The notes under the pieces were generated by a model. It was not told where the DNA came from and ran no database searches. It saw only the letters and a program-made list of their open reading frames with translations. A DNA stretch of 64,000 nucleotides from Monocercomonoides exilis PA203 (Eukaryota > Protista > Preaxostyla), in contig LSRY02000036.1 in assembly GCA_001643675.2 (NCBI GenBank), positions 744,001 through 808,000 on the forward strand, given 5' to 3'. Both the position numbers and the translations under genes were made by a program. Of the stretch, positions 12,790 through 25,646 are shown one piece after another (the first letter of the stretch is position 1; the number at the start of each line of letters is the position of its first letter).

Positions 12790-14172
12790 TCAAAGAGTTA
12801 TTGAATCATTGCAATTTTTCAGAACAGAGACTGCAAATAGTTGAAATTGGAGAATTGAAAGAAGTGATGAAGGAAATGTTTCGAAAATGACTGGAATCGG
12901 TTCTCACAAGAAAACAGTCAAGTGAAATCCACAGAATGATTGAAGAAAAGAAGTTATCATTGAACAGTATAACAGTGCTGTTTAAATACGTTAGATGCTA
13001 CGAAATGCTTATATTTTATGTTTTCAATGCTTTAGCAACTCACCTTTTTCCATAAGTTTTCAAAAGATAATAATAGATGAAAATTGGACAGAAAAAGTGA
13101 TCGAAATGCTTCCAAAAATGTTTTGATATGCTGCCTTTTGCTAAAAGATAGGACTCAATCAGGATTGCTTTCTGCGTGTGTGTTTTTTTTCTCTGAAAGC
13201 AACAATGATTTATGAGTGAAGAAAAGAGGAACAAAAAAACCTTGAAATAACTTTAATGGCTTTGAAAAATACTATCCGTAACATGGTGTGACCATTTTCG
13301 TTTTCTTTTTGAAAACTTTTTTGTTTCTTATTTCTGAACATAAAGTTCTAGAAGAAATAAATTAAAAGTGACTGACAAAAATTGTCCAATATTATCATGA
13401 ACATCACAATCTGTTACGTCTTTATTCTCATTCTAATTGAAAATTTTTGAAAGACAGATTTGTCAGTGAAAAAACGTTGAAGATGCAATCGAAAATGAGC
13501 GACATTTTTCGAGAGAAGCAAGACGAGTATTTGAAGAGTTGATAGGAAATGTGGATTTGAAGAATAAAGAAGAATAAAGAGGAGAAAAGTCGAATGAAGA
13601 GTTTCTTTTTTGGGATGGCTTCATGAATCGTACTGCATCTTTACCGAAACAAAATCTGGAATGAAAAATCAATCCTTCTTATCGAGGTAATTGTTCATGT
13701 ATTTCAACCAATAAAGTGGAATTATGGGAGGATTTGCAACTTGTGCATTTATTTATTGAATACAATAACAAAGAACATAGCTGTTAAAATTGAAGAATTG
13801 TTGAGATGGAGCAATTTATGCAGTATCGGAAGCGATTCAGTGGCCAACGATGATTGACAAGATGGCATATGCGATCATGAATTTTTTTTATGAATGTTTA
13901 AAGAAAATGAAAATGAAAAGAGGATGATGAAGAGGAGTTTAATGAGAGGGATGTAGAGGATGATGAAGATAAGGATGAAGATAAGGATGAACTGAATAAA
14001 GGTTAAATAGAAGAATCGAATAGTGAAAACTTGAAAATGAAGATGCTTGAAAAGATGGAAGAAAAAGGATTCAAAGATTACATCTCTGTCTTTCATGAAA
14101 CGCTTCCTTTTTTGTAAATTTTGCAATAATAGTATTTCATTTGATTTTTCAGATAAGTTCAAAAATGCGTGA
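12790..14172 (+). pseudogene. Decayed copy of a helical-repeat multigene family protein carried inside the nested element (boundaries approximate)
   Basis: Protein-like segments (HRMIEEKKLSLNSITVLFKYVRCY; NERHFSREARRVFEELIGNVDLKNKEE; KMLEKMEEKGFKDYISVFHE) are broken by stops and frameshifts. From memory they resemble a highly expanded Monocercomonoides hypothetical-protein family. Confidence 0.6.
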
Positions 14173-16528
14173 GAAATCAGTGAAACTGTATTTTTCTTTT
14201 CAAAGAATATTTCTTTCTCTTTTCTCAATCATTAATGAAAATAAAAACAATGCAATTAAGCTTTTTTGAAATCCTGGTTCATCAAATTTCAAAAAATGAA
14301 GTGAAACCTTGTTTCAAATAAAAAATTGAATATCATTTTGCGTATTCCGTCTTCTTTCTTAAGTGAACTTCTTAAAGAAATTTGTGGCTGCAATATTTTT
14401 ATATTGAAAATTCCAAATCCTTCAGGCTTTCTTTCATCGTTTCCAGATATTTCTCATTTATCCAAGGATTTTATATTTCCATGTTTTTGCAAAACACCTT
14501 CTAAAAACAATTGTTTTGTTCTATTCAGGCATTTTTGTCGATTATCTGAAAATAACTGTATTTTCAAAAAATATGAGGATGGTGAGAAAAAAAGAAATAA
14601 GACTTGCATTAGAAAATGGTTTTGAATAAGAAGAAAAAGTCGAAGCTCTCGTGAAACATTCAACAGAAAAAAAAACAATTCTGGAGAGTCGAATGATAGT
14701 TCTGTTAAAATATCAACTAACAAGCAATAATAAAAAATTCAGTCATCATACCCCTGATAAATATTGATAGATTATTATTTTATCAATTTCATAAGATGAT
14801 CCACATGTTTATGTAGAAATTCAGCAATTACTGTTCAGCTCGCAAGATATACTTGTGCGGCTTGTTGTCTTTGAGTAAAAAGGATAAATTCATCTGACAG
14901 AGCAACTGTATTTTCTATTCTCATCACCAAATATTCAAATACTTCTCATTAAGGCATTTAAATGCCTTGTAACTTCGATTTTTACAAAAAACTTAGCATA
15001 TCAATTATTTTGTGAAAAATAGTGATGAGCACTTAAATTCTTCGATGCATTTTTCCGCATGAACTAAATTGTTTAATTTTTCCAAGTGATAAATACACAC
15101 TCCTTGTTGTAATTTTAAAAATTGAGTTAAACAAACAAAAAAATAAGAAATCGTAATATCAACAAATATGAACGTTTTCAAACGGTAATCAAAAAAAACA
15201 GTCTTTGAATGTACATTCTTCAGATCCTTTTTTAATTTGTATTTGTTTCTTTCACTGAAAAATGAAAGTTTAATAAATATTAAAAGAAAAGTTATGGCAA
15301 TAACTCACAAAAAAGTGAAATCAGTAATATTTCAAAAGCAAAGAATGTTATTTTTAATTCCTGTTCAATTTTCCAACTCATTCATTTCATTGACAAAATT
15401 ATTATCCAGTGACAGAAGTGGCTTCCAGTGGCTTTTTAAATTCCTTTGTTCACTGATCATGTCACAAAACCATTTTTCTCTTTATTCGAATTTTAAAATT
15501 TTTTTGATAGAATTTTCGAAAAAATTAATTTTTTTTTTTCAAAAAAGTTGTAATAATATGAAAAGAAAGACATTGTTTAAGGTTTTCTTTAAAAGAAATC
15601 CAAAATATGAGATATGAAAATTATTTATGGTACTGATCAGAAGAAAATGTCCTGTCGGTCATCTTTGTCACTAAGTGGCAAAATTTGCCACTTGTCGCAC
15701 AGGTCTAGAAAAAGATTCTTGATTGATTTTTTGAAAACTGAGTTAATTTGAGAAAAATTTGAAAATTCCATTATAACATTAATTAATTATGCTGTTTTTA
15801 ATATATGAATTATTTGATATCAAAACATCAAACAAGCTCAATCATCACTTGTAAAACATTACGATTTGAGTATGATTTAATCCTATTTCTTTTTTCAAAG
15901 CTTCGATTAACTAATCATTTGTATTTAAATTTATAATTGATTAATAAAATTTAGATACGAATTTGCAATATTTCATGTTTTCTTTGACATATTTTTTAAA
16001 AGATGTTTCGTTTCATTAACGAAGTATTTTGGTTAAGGAGATATGAGAAGAAAAGGAGAAGCAGTTTTTTATGAAATATATATTTGTAATATTTGGAGCT
16101 AAATGAGAGGATAAGATTTAGAAAGATGTGGAATATATATAAACTTGACATTTTTTCTATTCATTAATTTTTGAAAAAATAGTTTAGAGAATGTTATTGA
16201 TAATTAAGCCTTCTATAAATTTTTCATTATTATTTCTTATTTCTTCATTTTAAACATTGGACTTTTATTTGTTTGTTGAAAAGTTTATAGTTAGTGAAAT
16301 ATTTTCGACAATAACATGATGTTTTAATGCATTTATCACTATTTTTGAAAGATCTTTATGTATTTGATAAATTTGATAGAAGAACTCATGAAACAAAACA
16401 CATAAATGTGATGCCTTAATAAACATATAATTAACTTTTGCAATTACAATTTCTCTATAACTATTTTTTTTTAGAACATGTGAAATGAAGAAAAAAAGAT
16501 AAAACCAACAAAAATGTGAAGAAAAATA

Positions 16529-18541
16529 GGGTCATATTTTTATTAGATCCTATTTTTTTTATTCGATCCTATTTTTTTGAAATCAATTATTCAGCCACCC
16601 ACATTTCGATTTATTAATAGTATTTTTGGTATATAAGAAAAATATCAGCAACTGAATAAATACATTTAAATGCATAACCTGTTTCTTGTGGGGGGGAAAT
16701 GGGGGGGTTAAAAGCCTCCCGTTGAAATTCTATCAGTTACAGGTTGGTTCCAATGAATTAAATACAAAAAAATATGCATTTAATGTACAAAAAATTAAAT
16801 TTCAATGAAAATGGATATTAATAATTATTATATAAATAAATTGGCTTAATGATCATAACCCAAAAAATTAAAAATGAGAAATGAAGTTGCAAGGAAATCA
16901 ACTGCGGGTCAGCTGAAGCTGTGGGAGGGAATGCTGTCCCTCAAATACAGACAATTTCGGAATCCACTGGAGCGAATGGCGCACATAGTTAACGATGGAG
17001 CTGTGCGTATGGTGGACGCATACAACAGCAAAAAATTCAGCAAAATCCGAATCAAGCGTGCGGTGAAGGCTGTTCGGCAAGGAAGGCTAGTATCAAAAAT
17101 TGGAAGACCTGCTGTGGTCATTGGAGAAAAAGAGCAAACAGTGCTGGATGAAATAAAAATAGAATCACTGTCTGGAGCAAGCTTAACAATCAAGAAAATG
17201 CGTGAACTGGTTTGTATAAATATTCTTTGAAATGTATTAATTAATATTAATTAGATTGAAAATGTTGTTAATGATTTGAAACCAGAAAACACGCCAGATG
17301 TTAAAGTTTCTGCGTCAGTTGCCTACGATTTCATCAAACGACATCCAGAGCTGAAGACATCAAAGCCAAAAATTGTTGATGCGAACAGGCTTGCCGTATC
17401 ATGCCAACAAGTTCTAAAGCCCTGGTATGATATGCTCAACGGATTACATCAGAACAACAGTTACAACAACGCACTGATTTTCAACGTGGATGAGTCTTCA
17501 CTCAGGGTTCCCGACAGCTCCAATCGGAATGTCGTTCATCCGGCAAATACAAAACCCGGTTACGCTAAATCTGCTGCGCGAATGGCGAATTCTACACTGA
17601 TTGCGGCGGTCGCAGCAGATGGACAATCACTTCCTTCAGTGATCCTGTGGCCGAGTCTCAAACTTCCTGATGACTTGAAGCCTCTTCAGTCTACAAATCT
17701 TGAGATTTGGCCGAACAAATGCGGATGGATGGAATCTTCAACATTTAGGAAGTATGCACTTACAATTCTTCTCACTTCAATCAAAGAAAGAAGGCAACGC
17801 ATGTCACTCGACGAATCGCACTGCTTGCTTCTAATCGACTCCCACATTTCTCGAGCAGATCCAACAATCTGGCGAGAGTTCAAAAAAGAGAATGTAGATG
17901 TTGTGACATTCGTCCCTCACAGCACACACATCTGCCAGCCACTGGACAGAGGTGTATTTGCAGTTCTGAAGTCAGAAATGAGTTCACAGTACGAAGCACC
18001 TTCGTCGTCGTCTTCAGCAGCGAAAAGAATAGCTCTTGTGGAAGCTCTTCAACAATCAATTCATTCGGCGCTATCACCTTCGGTCATCAAAAGAGCATTC
18101 AAATGCAGCGGCGTGCTGAAAGACTCGTCTGGGCCAGTTCTGATGAAGCTTCCTCAATCATCGACTTATCCTCTTCCTTCTCATAAAAATCGATTTGACT
18201 TCTACGGTAAAGAAATAACAGAAGAAAAGGTGCTAAATGAGTGGGATGATTATTTGAAAAAGAAAAGCGAAATGGAAAATGAAAAAGAAAACATTTCTGA
18301 TGAAGAAAATGATGAAACAATGAATTTCACGAAAAAGCTGAAAAGAAAATTCAAAATACTTCAAGATGAGAACGATATAGAGAAAGAATCATCTGATGAA
18401 ATTGAAAGAGGAAAGGGAAAAAGAAAAGTCATACGCAAATTAGATTCGAGTTTTGTATTTTTTTGAATTTTTTTTAGAATTTTTCATTTCGAAAAATTTG
18501 GGTACTAATAAAAAAAATGGGTACTAATAAAAATATGACCC
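16529..18541 (+). mobile_element. Autonomous pogo/Fot1-like (Tc1/mariner superfamily) transposon, 2013 bp, TA TSD
   Basis: TA|GGGTCATATTTTTATTAG ... CTAATAAAAATATGACCC|TA, with subterminal repeats, enclosing a transposase gene. Confidence 0.93.
16874..18466 (+). CDS. pogo-family DDE_1 transposase (DD35D); exons 16874-17209 and 17255-18466 (~515 aa)
   Basis: N-terminal HTH-like region with GRP, catalytic motifs IFNVDES, LLLIDSH and PHSTHICQPLDRGVF, with 35 residues between the second and third Asp. A 45-nt GTTTGT..AG intron joins the two ORFs in frame. Confidence 0.92.
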
Positions 18542-18640
18542 TATATGAAATATACGAAAGTCAAACAGAAAGTTTCATATTTATAAGTTTCATTTAATTC
18601 ACAAACATAAGGCAAAATTCTTGCTCCAACGCATCACGAT

Positions 18641-18900
18641 TCAGACACTTAGAAAATTGTCGAGATAAAGTCCTCCTTCTGCATTGTCTGCTTTGCAATT
18701 CTGGAATTCACTATCACTGATCCTTACACACGCTGAAATCGCAAAGATGAGCATTCCACCTCCACTATAGCTTTGTGCAGCGCATGAGTCGAAGGTGTTG
18801 TTCACAATCTCAACCGATTTGATATTGAAACAATTAATTCCTCGACCAGCATAGCATGCATAGCAGTTGTTGAACGAGCTGTTTTTGATGGATTTGTGGA
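18641..18900 (-). pseudogene. Isolated fragment of a beta-helix membrane-protein family gene inside the large transposon
   Basis: NSSFNNCYA...NNTFDSCAAQSYSGGGMLI...DSEFQNCKADNAEGGLYL has the same F..C.A...GGG repeat style as the intact family genes, but no start, TM helix or continuation. Confidence 0.65.
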
Positions 18901-20718
18901 GATGTTGAAGAAGATCAGCTGTGTGTGCACCATAAAGTGTGTCAAGGGTGTTGTCAGAAATGGGGTTAATGAAACACAAAAAGATGAGAAATCCAACTCA
19001 CTCACCAATACACTTCCTCCTCCTTCACTTTCTTCTCCTCTTCCTCCACCTCGTTGTCCTCCTCTCTCTCCTCCTTCATCTCTTCAATCCAATATTTCTT
19101 ATAACCCCAAAAATCTTACAACACCTTTCCTTCCTCTTTCTGCTACACATAAAAGAAATCTTATCAAAAAATATTAAAAATCCTCCTCTTCTAATGCTGT
19201 TCAGTTTCAATAATTCTGTGAAGCTCTTTCCCAAACTGATTTCTCTTATTGACCTTCACTTTCTATCGTCTGATGCAATTTCACTCCCTTGAAGTTTCAC
19301 GAAAACGCCCGCAAATACAATTTTGTTCAAACAAATAAAAAGAAAAAACAATAAATCATATAAAAAATAGATCAAATAATACAACAAAAAAAAATATCAT
19401 ACCTTCGTTTTCCTTTTCTCTCGCTCACTTTGTCAAAGAATCGCCGCACTCATTGTCCTCTTCATTGCTTCTATCATCTCCAACAAAAACAAAATGTGCT
19501 ATTATCTCCATTCTCAAAGATTATCCTTTCAATGAATATTGTGGGGGATGTTCTCATCTTCTTTTTTAAAACTTTCCCACAAATTTTCATCTAAAACTTC
19601 TTCCCTTTCATCTTTCTCCTCTTTTTATTCCTTTTCTCTTGATTCATCTCCTCATCTCCTCATCTCTTCATCTCATTCCTTCCAATTCACATCCCCATTC
19701 CCTGCCATATTTCCTCTCTCCAAATTCAAAAACATTCCATCTCTTCTTCGACCCATCCAAAACCATCAATGCACTCCCCCTTTTTCGCCCTTCTTCTCCC
19801 AAAGCTTCATCAAATAAAAAGTCCTTTCATTCCATTTGCTCGCAATTTGGCTAAACTTCAACCGCAGCTGCAGAGGCTTGAACATTATTTTTCTGCTGGA
19901 AAAAAACAGACAGTGAGTGCATTTCTACGTTTTCCTGCTCCTAATCGAAAAGCGAAGAATCGTTGTTTTAATCTTCTTTTTAATGATTCACTGGCTGCAC
20001 TGTATCTGCTGAAGCTGAACATTTGAAAAACAAACCAAAGAAGAAGAAGACGAAGAAGAAGATGATGATGATGTGGAAGAAAAAATAGAAGAAATAGAAG
20101 AAAGATATACATGGAATTATGTTGCTATTTCGATAAATAGGGAGAAGTTCGTGATGAAGATGATAAGAAAGACAGCAATCACGATAATTAGAATGGAAAA
20201 GGAGAGGAAGAATAGGAATGAAGAATAGGAACAAATTTCTGCAATTGTCAATGTTAAAGACGATGCAACATACAAGTGAGATGCAAAGTGGAGTGGCACA
20301 TGGGGAACAAAAGCTAATTGAACAGGGCATCTGGAGAGAGGAGCAAAGCCCAAATGAAAAAGAAGAAAAAAAAAACACGAAGATGAAAACAACAAATTCA
20401 ATGAAGAAGAAGAAGATAATAATAATAATAATAATGTTGATGTTGATGTTAATGACAACGGCTATTGAATCGTCCGAATGGAGCAGCATGCGAATGGGGA
20501 TGCTGCTTGCTCTGAAACGGAAGTGCCGTTGGATCACTTGGACAAGCAGCGTTGGCAATCCGTCTGCGGCAATGCCAACCGCTGCCGATGCCAATGCCGA
20601 TCCCCGACAAGGCGACGCCAGCTATGGCACAGGCGCAAGCGAACAAGTCGTTCGTCGAGAATATATCTTCCTCAACAAATGGCAACAGCAATAGCAATGC
20701 AATGAGAAAGAGAAAGAT

Positions 20719-20814
20719 GAAGAAGAAGAAGAAGAAGAAGAAGAAGAAGAAGAAGAAGAAGAAGAAGAAGAAGAAGAAGAAGAAGAAGAAGAAGAAGAAG
20801 AAGAAGAAGAAGAA
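20719..20814 (+). repeat. (GAA)32 microsatellite
   Basis: Read directly from the sequence. Confidence 0.95.
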
Positions 20815-22045
20815 GAGGAAATTAATGGAGAAGAATTTAATTAAGAAGAAGATAAAAGCATCAACTACGTAATGGCATCGCCTGTTTTCTCTCTTCTGGA
20901 TTAAGTCCGAGTGCTTCGCAGCTCCTCCATGCCTTTGCCACCATCATTCCAAAGCTTCTCCTTTCCATCGCTCTCTCACATAACCCATTCATCCTTTTCC
21001 CCTCTTCGCTCCTCTTCCTTTAGCGGCAAGGCCTCGCAGCATCTATTAGAGTGTCTTCATCATTTTTCTACGTGTCCACTTCCGCTTTGCCTCCTTCTCC
21101 ATTTCTAATTCAACATTCCCTCTTCATCTCCATCACTTTCTTTCCCCATTTAACCCTCAAAAAGCTTTCAACCACAGCAACTTCCATTTCCTCCTCACAT
21201 TTCTGCTTTCCATTTCTTGATAGATGCTAACAATACAAACTAATTAACAAATCAACAAACAAACAAATAAATAAATAAATATGAGACAAACATATAATTG
21301 TTAATTTCCACCACAAATTTTCTCCTTTATTGACATTCTTCAGATTAATGATGTCATTTCAATCAGAATATACTTTTGCTTTAAATTCTCATAACATTTC
21401 CTATTCAACATTTGTAATTTTTCCTTAATTTCTCATATCTCCTTAACCAAAATACTTCGTTAATGAAACGAAACATCTTTTAAAAAATATGTCAAAGAAA
21501 ACATGAAATATTGCAAATTCGTATCTAAATTTTATTAATCAATTATAAATTTAAATACAAATGATTAGTTAATCGAAGCTTTGAAAAAAGAAATAGGATT
21601 AAATCATACTCAAATCGTAATGTTTTACAAGTGATGATTGAGCTTGTTTGATGTTTTGATATCAAATAATTCATATATTAAAAACAGCATAATTAATTAA
21701 TGTTATAATGGAATTTTCAAATTTTTCTCAAATTAACTCAGTTTTCAAAAAATCAATCAAGAATCTTTTTCTTTTCATTTATAAACATGTGTTTTTTCCC
21801 TTTTCATTTCATACCACAATTATTTAAAAAAAGATCTTTCTTCGAACAAAGTTACGATATGAAAAATAATGACCCATATTGTTTTATTTGAAAATTGAAC
21901 GTTTGCGACTTTTCATATAGAATTAACAATATTTGAAATATTTATCTGTCGTTTCAAAACCCAAAATATGATTAGAAAAAATTGAAGAGGCATCACAAAA
22001 TAGATATTTCACATTTCAGGGTTCATTAATGAATATTCATAACTA

Positions 22046-22421
22046 CAGATATCGCACAAAATACCGGACATTGCACAAAATACCGGACAAGATCGAATTC
22101 ACAATAACTGTAAGAGGAATAATTCTGACAATTTTCCTCAAAATATATCTCAATGATACAAACTCAATTGATATCCAAAACTTTCAAAATAGTTTCATTT
22201 GTGCTCAGAAAAAATATATATTGAAATTTCGGGGAAACTCAAAAACCTATTTCTCCGAGATTTCGATAAATATTTTTCTGAGCTCAAGCGAAGCTGTTCT
22301 GAAAGTCTTGCATGTCAAATGAGTTTGCATTGATGAGATATATTTTGAGCGAAATTATCAAAAATTTTCTTCTTTCGGTTATTGTGAAATCGATCTTGTT
22401 CGGTATTCTGTGCGATATCTG
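22046..22421. mobile_element. Tc1/mariner-type MITE with CAG termini and TA TSD
   Basis: TA|CAGATATCGCACAAAATACCGGAC...AAGATCGAATTCACAATAAC is mirrored by GTTATTGTGAAATCGATCTTGTTCGGTATTCTGTGCGATATCTG|TA. Confidence 0.85.
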
Positions 22422-25400
22422 TATAATTCAAGCCAAAAAATTTGACAGAAGAAATATAACTTCAATAATCATCATCGTTATATTAAATAATATTTTATAA
22501 AAAAAGAAGTTGTGAAATTTGTCTATCCATTGTTTTTTGATGAATACGAAGTTTAAAACGTAATATGAATGGACTTTTTTATTGGAGTGCTAAATATCTT
22601 TTTCAATGTTTTGAATTAAGCCTGGTTGACGGATTGAAAAATTGATGGTTACGTCAGTCAGTGGAATATTTTCACGTCAATTGGCTTTTTTTCTCTCTAT
22701 CTTGATATTTGAGGCAATAAACACAAATTTTATTGCTTAAAAATGTATGGTTATTTTTTGAAATAATTAATTATGTATTATTTTTTCCTCAAAAGAAAGA
22801 AAATATTATGAACCATAATTCTAATAATATTTATTCTGAGAAATATCTTTTTGCAATTGAACGCTTGAAGTCAATGATAGCTGATTGGTTTGCATATTGT
22901 TGTATTTGCCTATAATCTGTAAATGTTCTTCTTTCAGGGAATCCAGTGGAAATTTACGAAAATAAACAAAAAGTGGAATATCTTATTAATCTGCATGAAT
23001 ATCGAGTTTATTCTACAAATTCATAAAGAAAGTTCACAGGATGAAGAAAATTGGAAGTGAAAACTGAGAATCAGATGATGAAACACTTGAAAATCGAAGG
23101 CATAACGAATTTTATTATAAAGGAAAACAAGCATTGACTTGGGAATAATAAACAGAAAATTGCTTTAAAAAATGCTTTGAAGGTTTGATGTAGTTATTTT
23201 TTTCGAGTGATTATTATTTTTCATTCAGGATGCTGAAAGATAGAAGGAATGGATGGCTTTGAAGAAGAACAAGATAAGCTAGGAAGGAAAAAAAAGACGG
23301 ACACATGAAATGCTAGATATTTCGAAGATTCATTGAATCGGGCTTTGACGAAGAATTCGTTTTTGAGGAAAGATGTTTTTTTTTTTGTGAAAGAGGGGAA
23401 GCGAATATGGAAGAGATGAAATGAAAAAGGGATCGCTCAATCTTTCGTATTTTTTGTTGGAAAGAAAGAAAGTGGATTGAGCTGAATGTTTGATGGATTT
23501 GGAGGATATTATTTGCCAGAAGAAAAAGGGACAGAAGAAAAGAATTTCAATGTATTTTTTTGTTGATGTTAATTGACTCTCATCTTCTCAATCTTCAACA
23601 AATAATCATCTCATTCAACACATTCATCATCATCATTGTCTTCTGGATCTTCTTTAAATATATCATCAACATTTCACACAAATTCTTCTTCTTCTTCTTC
23701 TTCTTCTGCTTCTTTTGCTAATTTGACATGTCTGTTTTCAATTGAGTTAAGGAATAATCTCCGGAATAAATCGAACGGGCCCTAACGATGGAATTTATTT
23801 TTTGTGATTTTTTTTTTGAATTATTTAAAGAAGAAGAAGAAGAAGGAAGAGGAGAACAAGGAAAAGAAGAAGAACATGAAGCTGGTTGAGAGCTAGCCAC
23901 CAACTGCGGAATGTGCTTTACAGAGCGGGAAAAAGAGAAATGCAACCAGGGAGACTCAAACGAGATAGGAAGAACTTTGTTTATGCCACATGACTCAGAG
24001 AACAGCTTTGAATCTCTTTCAACCACCTTCGGTGTTCTGCAGCTTGTTATTTAAACATGGAACAATGAATGACTTTTATGCTTATGTGAGTGTCTGCCTC
24101 ATTGCTACTTGCACAATCTTCACAATCCTTTCAAATAGCAAATGAATGTTCGACCTCTTCTTCTCCTTCTCATTTTCATTCTTTCTCCGCATCGTCCATC
24201 CCAGCTTCCACTTCTCCGCTTCAATTTCCATTATTCATTCTCTCTCTCAGATGAATGTGCTCAAACGGATTAAAACCACTACAGAAGACAAGTGCACAAA
24301 GGTTAAAAAGCAACAGGAAAGTGACAAACTGAAGAATTGTGTGGAGAAAATAACAAATATGAAGAAGAATACGAAGAGGAAATGAAGAAGAAGGAGAAGA
24401 AGAGGTGGTTGATTGTGGGAAGGCATCAGGAAAGAGATGGAAATGAGCACAAGGCGAGCCAACAACCGACGAATAAGATGAAGAAGCCAATGGAGATATG
24501 GAATTATAATTGGAGAGAGAAGGCGACAGATCTGAAATAGCAGGAGAAGAGAAAGAAGAAGACGTACAAAAGTGCGAAGAGGCAGAGAAAAGAGGATTAG
24601 ATCCATTATAATTCATGTTTTTGAACAATCTCATTTATTGGAGTGGAAGCATTGAAGAAGAGAGAAGAGGCACTGCTTGACAGATCAGAGCTGCATTCAG
24701 CGAGTGTATCGCGGCCGATCCAAAAGGCAGCTGAAACGCACCGCCTTGGAATTCGACTGATGAATTGAGAAGAAACGAAGAAAAGGAAAAAGATGAAGAA
24801 GACTATGACAATGATGGAGATGACGATTTATCGCTTGAGTCATTGTGTTGTTTCATTCCTTCTTTTTCTCCATCACTTCCTTCTTCATCTGTTGTAGTGC
24901 TTTCATCCGTTCCAATGGGAATGATGTCTGATGTGATGAGTGCTGCCCTCAAAAGCGGCAGGTCGTCTCTGCCGAGGTAGAAGCAGTCGTCGATGGCGAA
25001 CAGCATGGCATCTTTTAGCTGATTGTCAGAAACAAGATGGATGACTGGCTGTGGGATGAGGGAAAACATAGCAACGATCGGTTGAGTGGGTGTGGGAAAG
25101 GACAATAGCTCCGTTGGGGGAGAATGAAGTTAAAAAGAAGAAGATGGCGAAGAAGGAAAAGAAGCTGCAATAGAAGAGGAAATATCAGTGAAGCGTTAAA
25201 ATAAAATTGAAAAATCAGCAAGCAATAATGGAATTCAGAAGGCATAGAGAGATGCACAAAGCTGTTGAAAATACAGAATTCATGACAAAGAAGATATGTT
25301 GAAAGCTATTAAAGCACTTCGAACTTTATCATAGAAAAGAAGTGAGATTTTATTGAAAAGAGCAAGAAACGCAACACATATTCTCCTTCTCGTTAACTTC

Positions 25401-25646
25401 CATCATGAATATTGCTTTCAGTTTCCTCATTCAGATGTTCTTCTTTTTATTTGCTCATTGATATTAACGCTTCACAAGAACTATTTTTAAATATGCAGTT
25501 TATTCATGAAAATATTGATTGATATTTTTGTGAAAATCAAAAAAGAAAACAGATGATTTATTGTTTATTTCAAAATTTATTGAAAGAAATGTGAAATGAA
25601 AAAACTTTTGTCAAAAGACAAAACAGTTAAAAGAGCATTCAGTGCT

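Larger units (their letters stand above)
12267..15706. mobile_element. Nested non-autonomous element with 13-bp TIR GACCTGTGCGACA and 10-bp TSD AGAAAAAGAT (Mutator-like TSD length)
   Basis: TSD copies lie at 12257-12266 and 15707-15716. The opposite TIR of the host element gives the empty site, with a single AGAAAAAGAT. Confidence 0.88.
12153..21875. mobile_element. Large non-autonomous DNA transposon with ~446 bp near-identical TIRs and 4-bp ATAT TSD, containing two nested insertions
   Basis: 12153-12266 joined to 15717-16049 is the reverse complement of 21430-21875; the only difference I noticed is one T-run length. Termini are GGGTCATTATT...AATAATGACCC, flanked by ATAT. Confidence 0.9.

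Noticed and set aside
20552-20872. ORF with a long poly-Lys run
   Set aside because: It is a translation of the (GAA)32 microsatellite.
22049-22083. Tandem 19-bp repeats as a CRISPR-like array
   Set aside because: There are only two copies with no spacers, they are part of a MITE TIR, and the context is eukaryotic.
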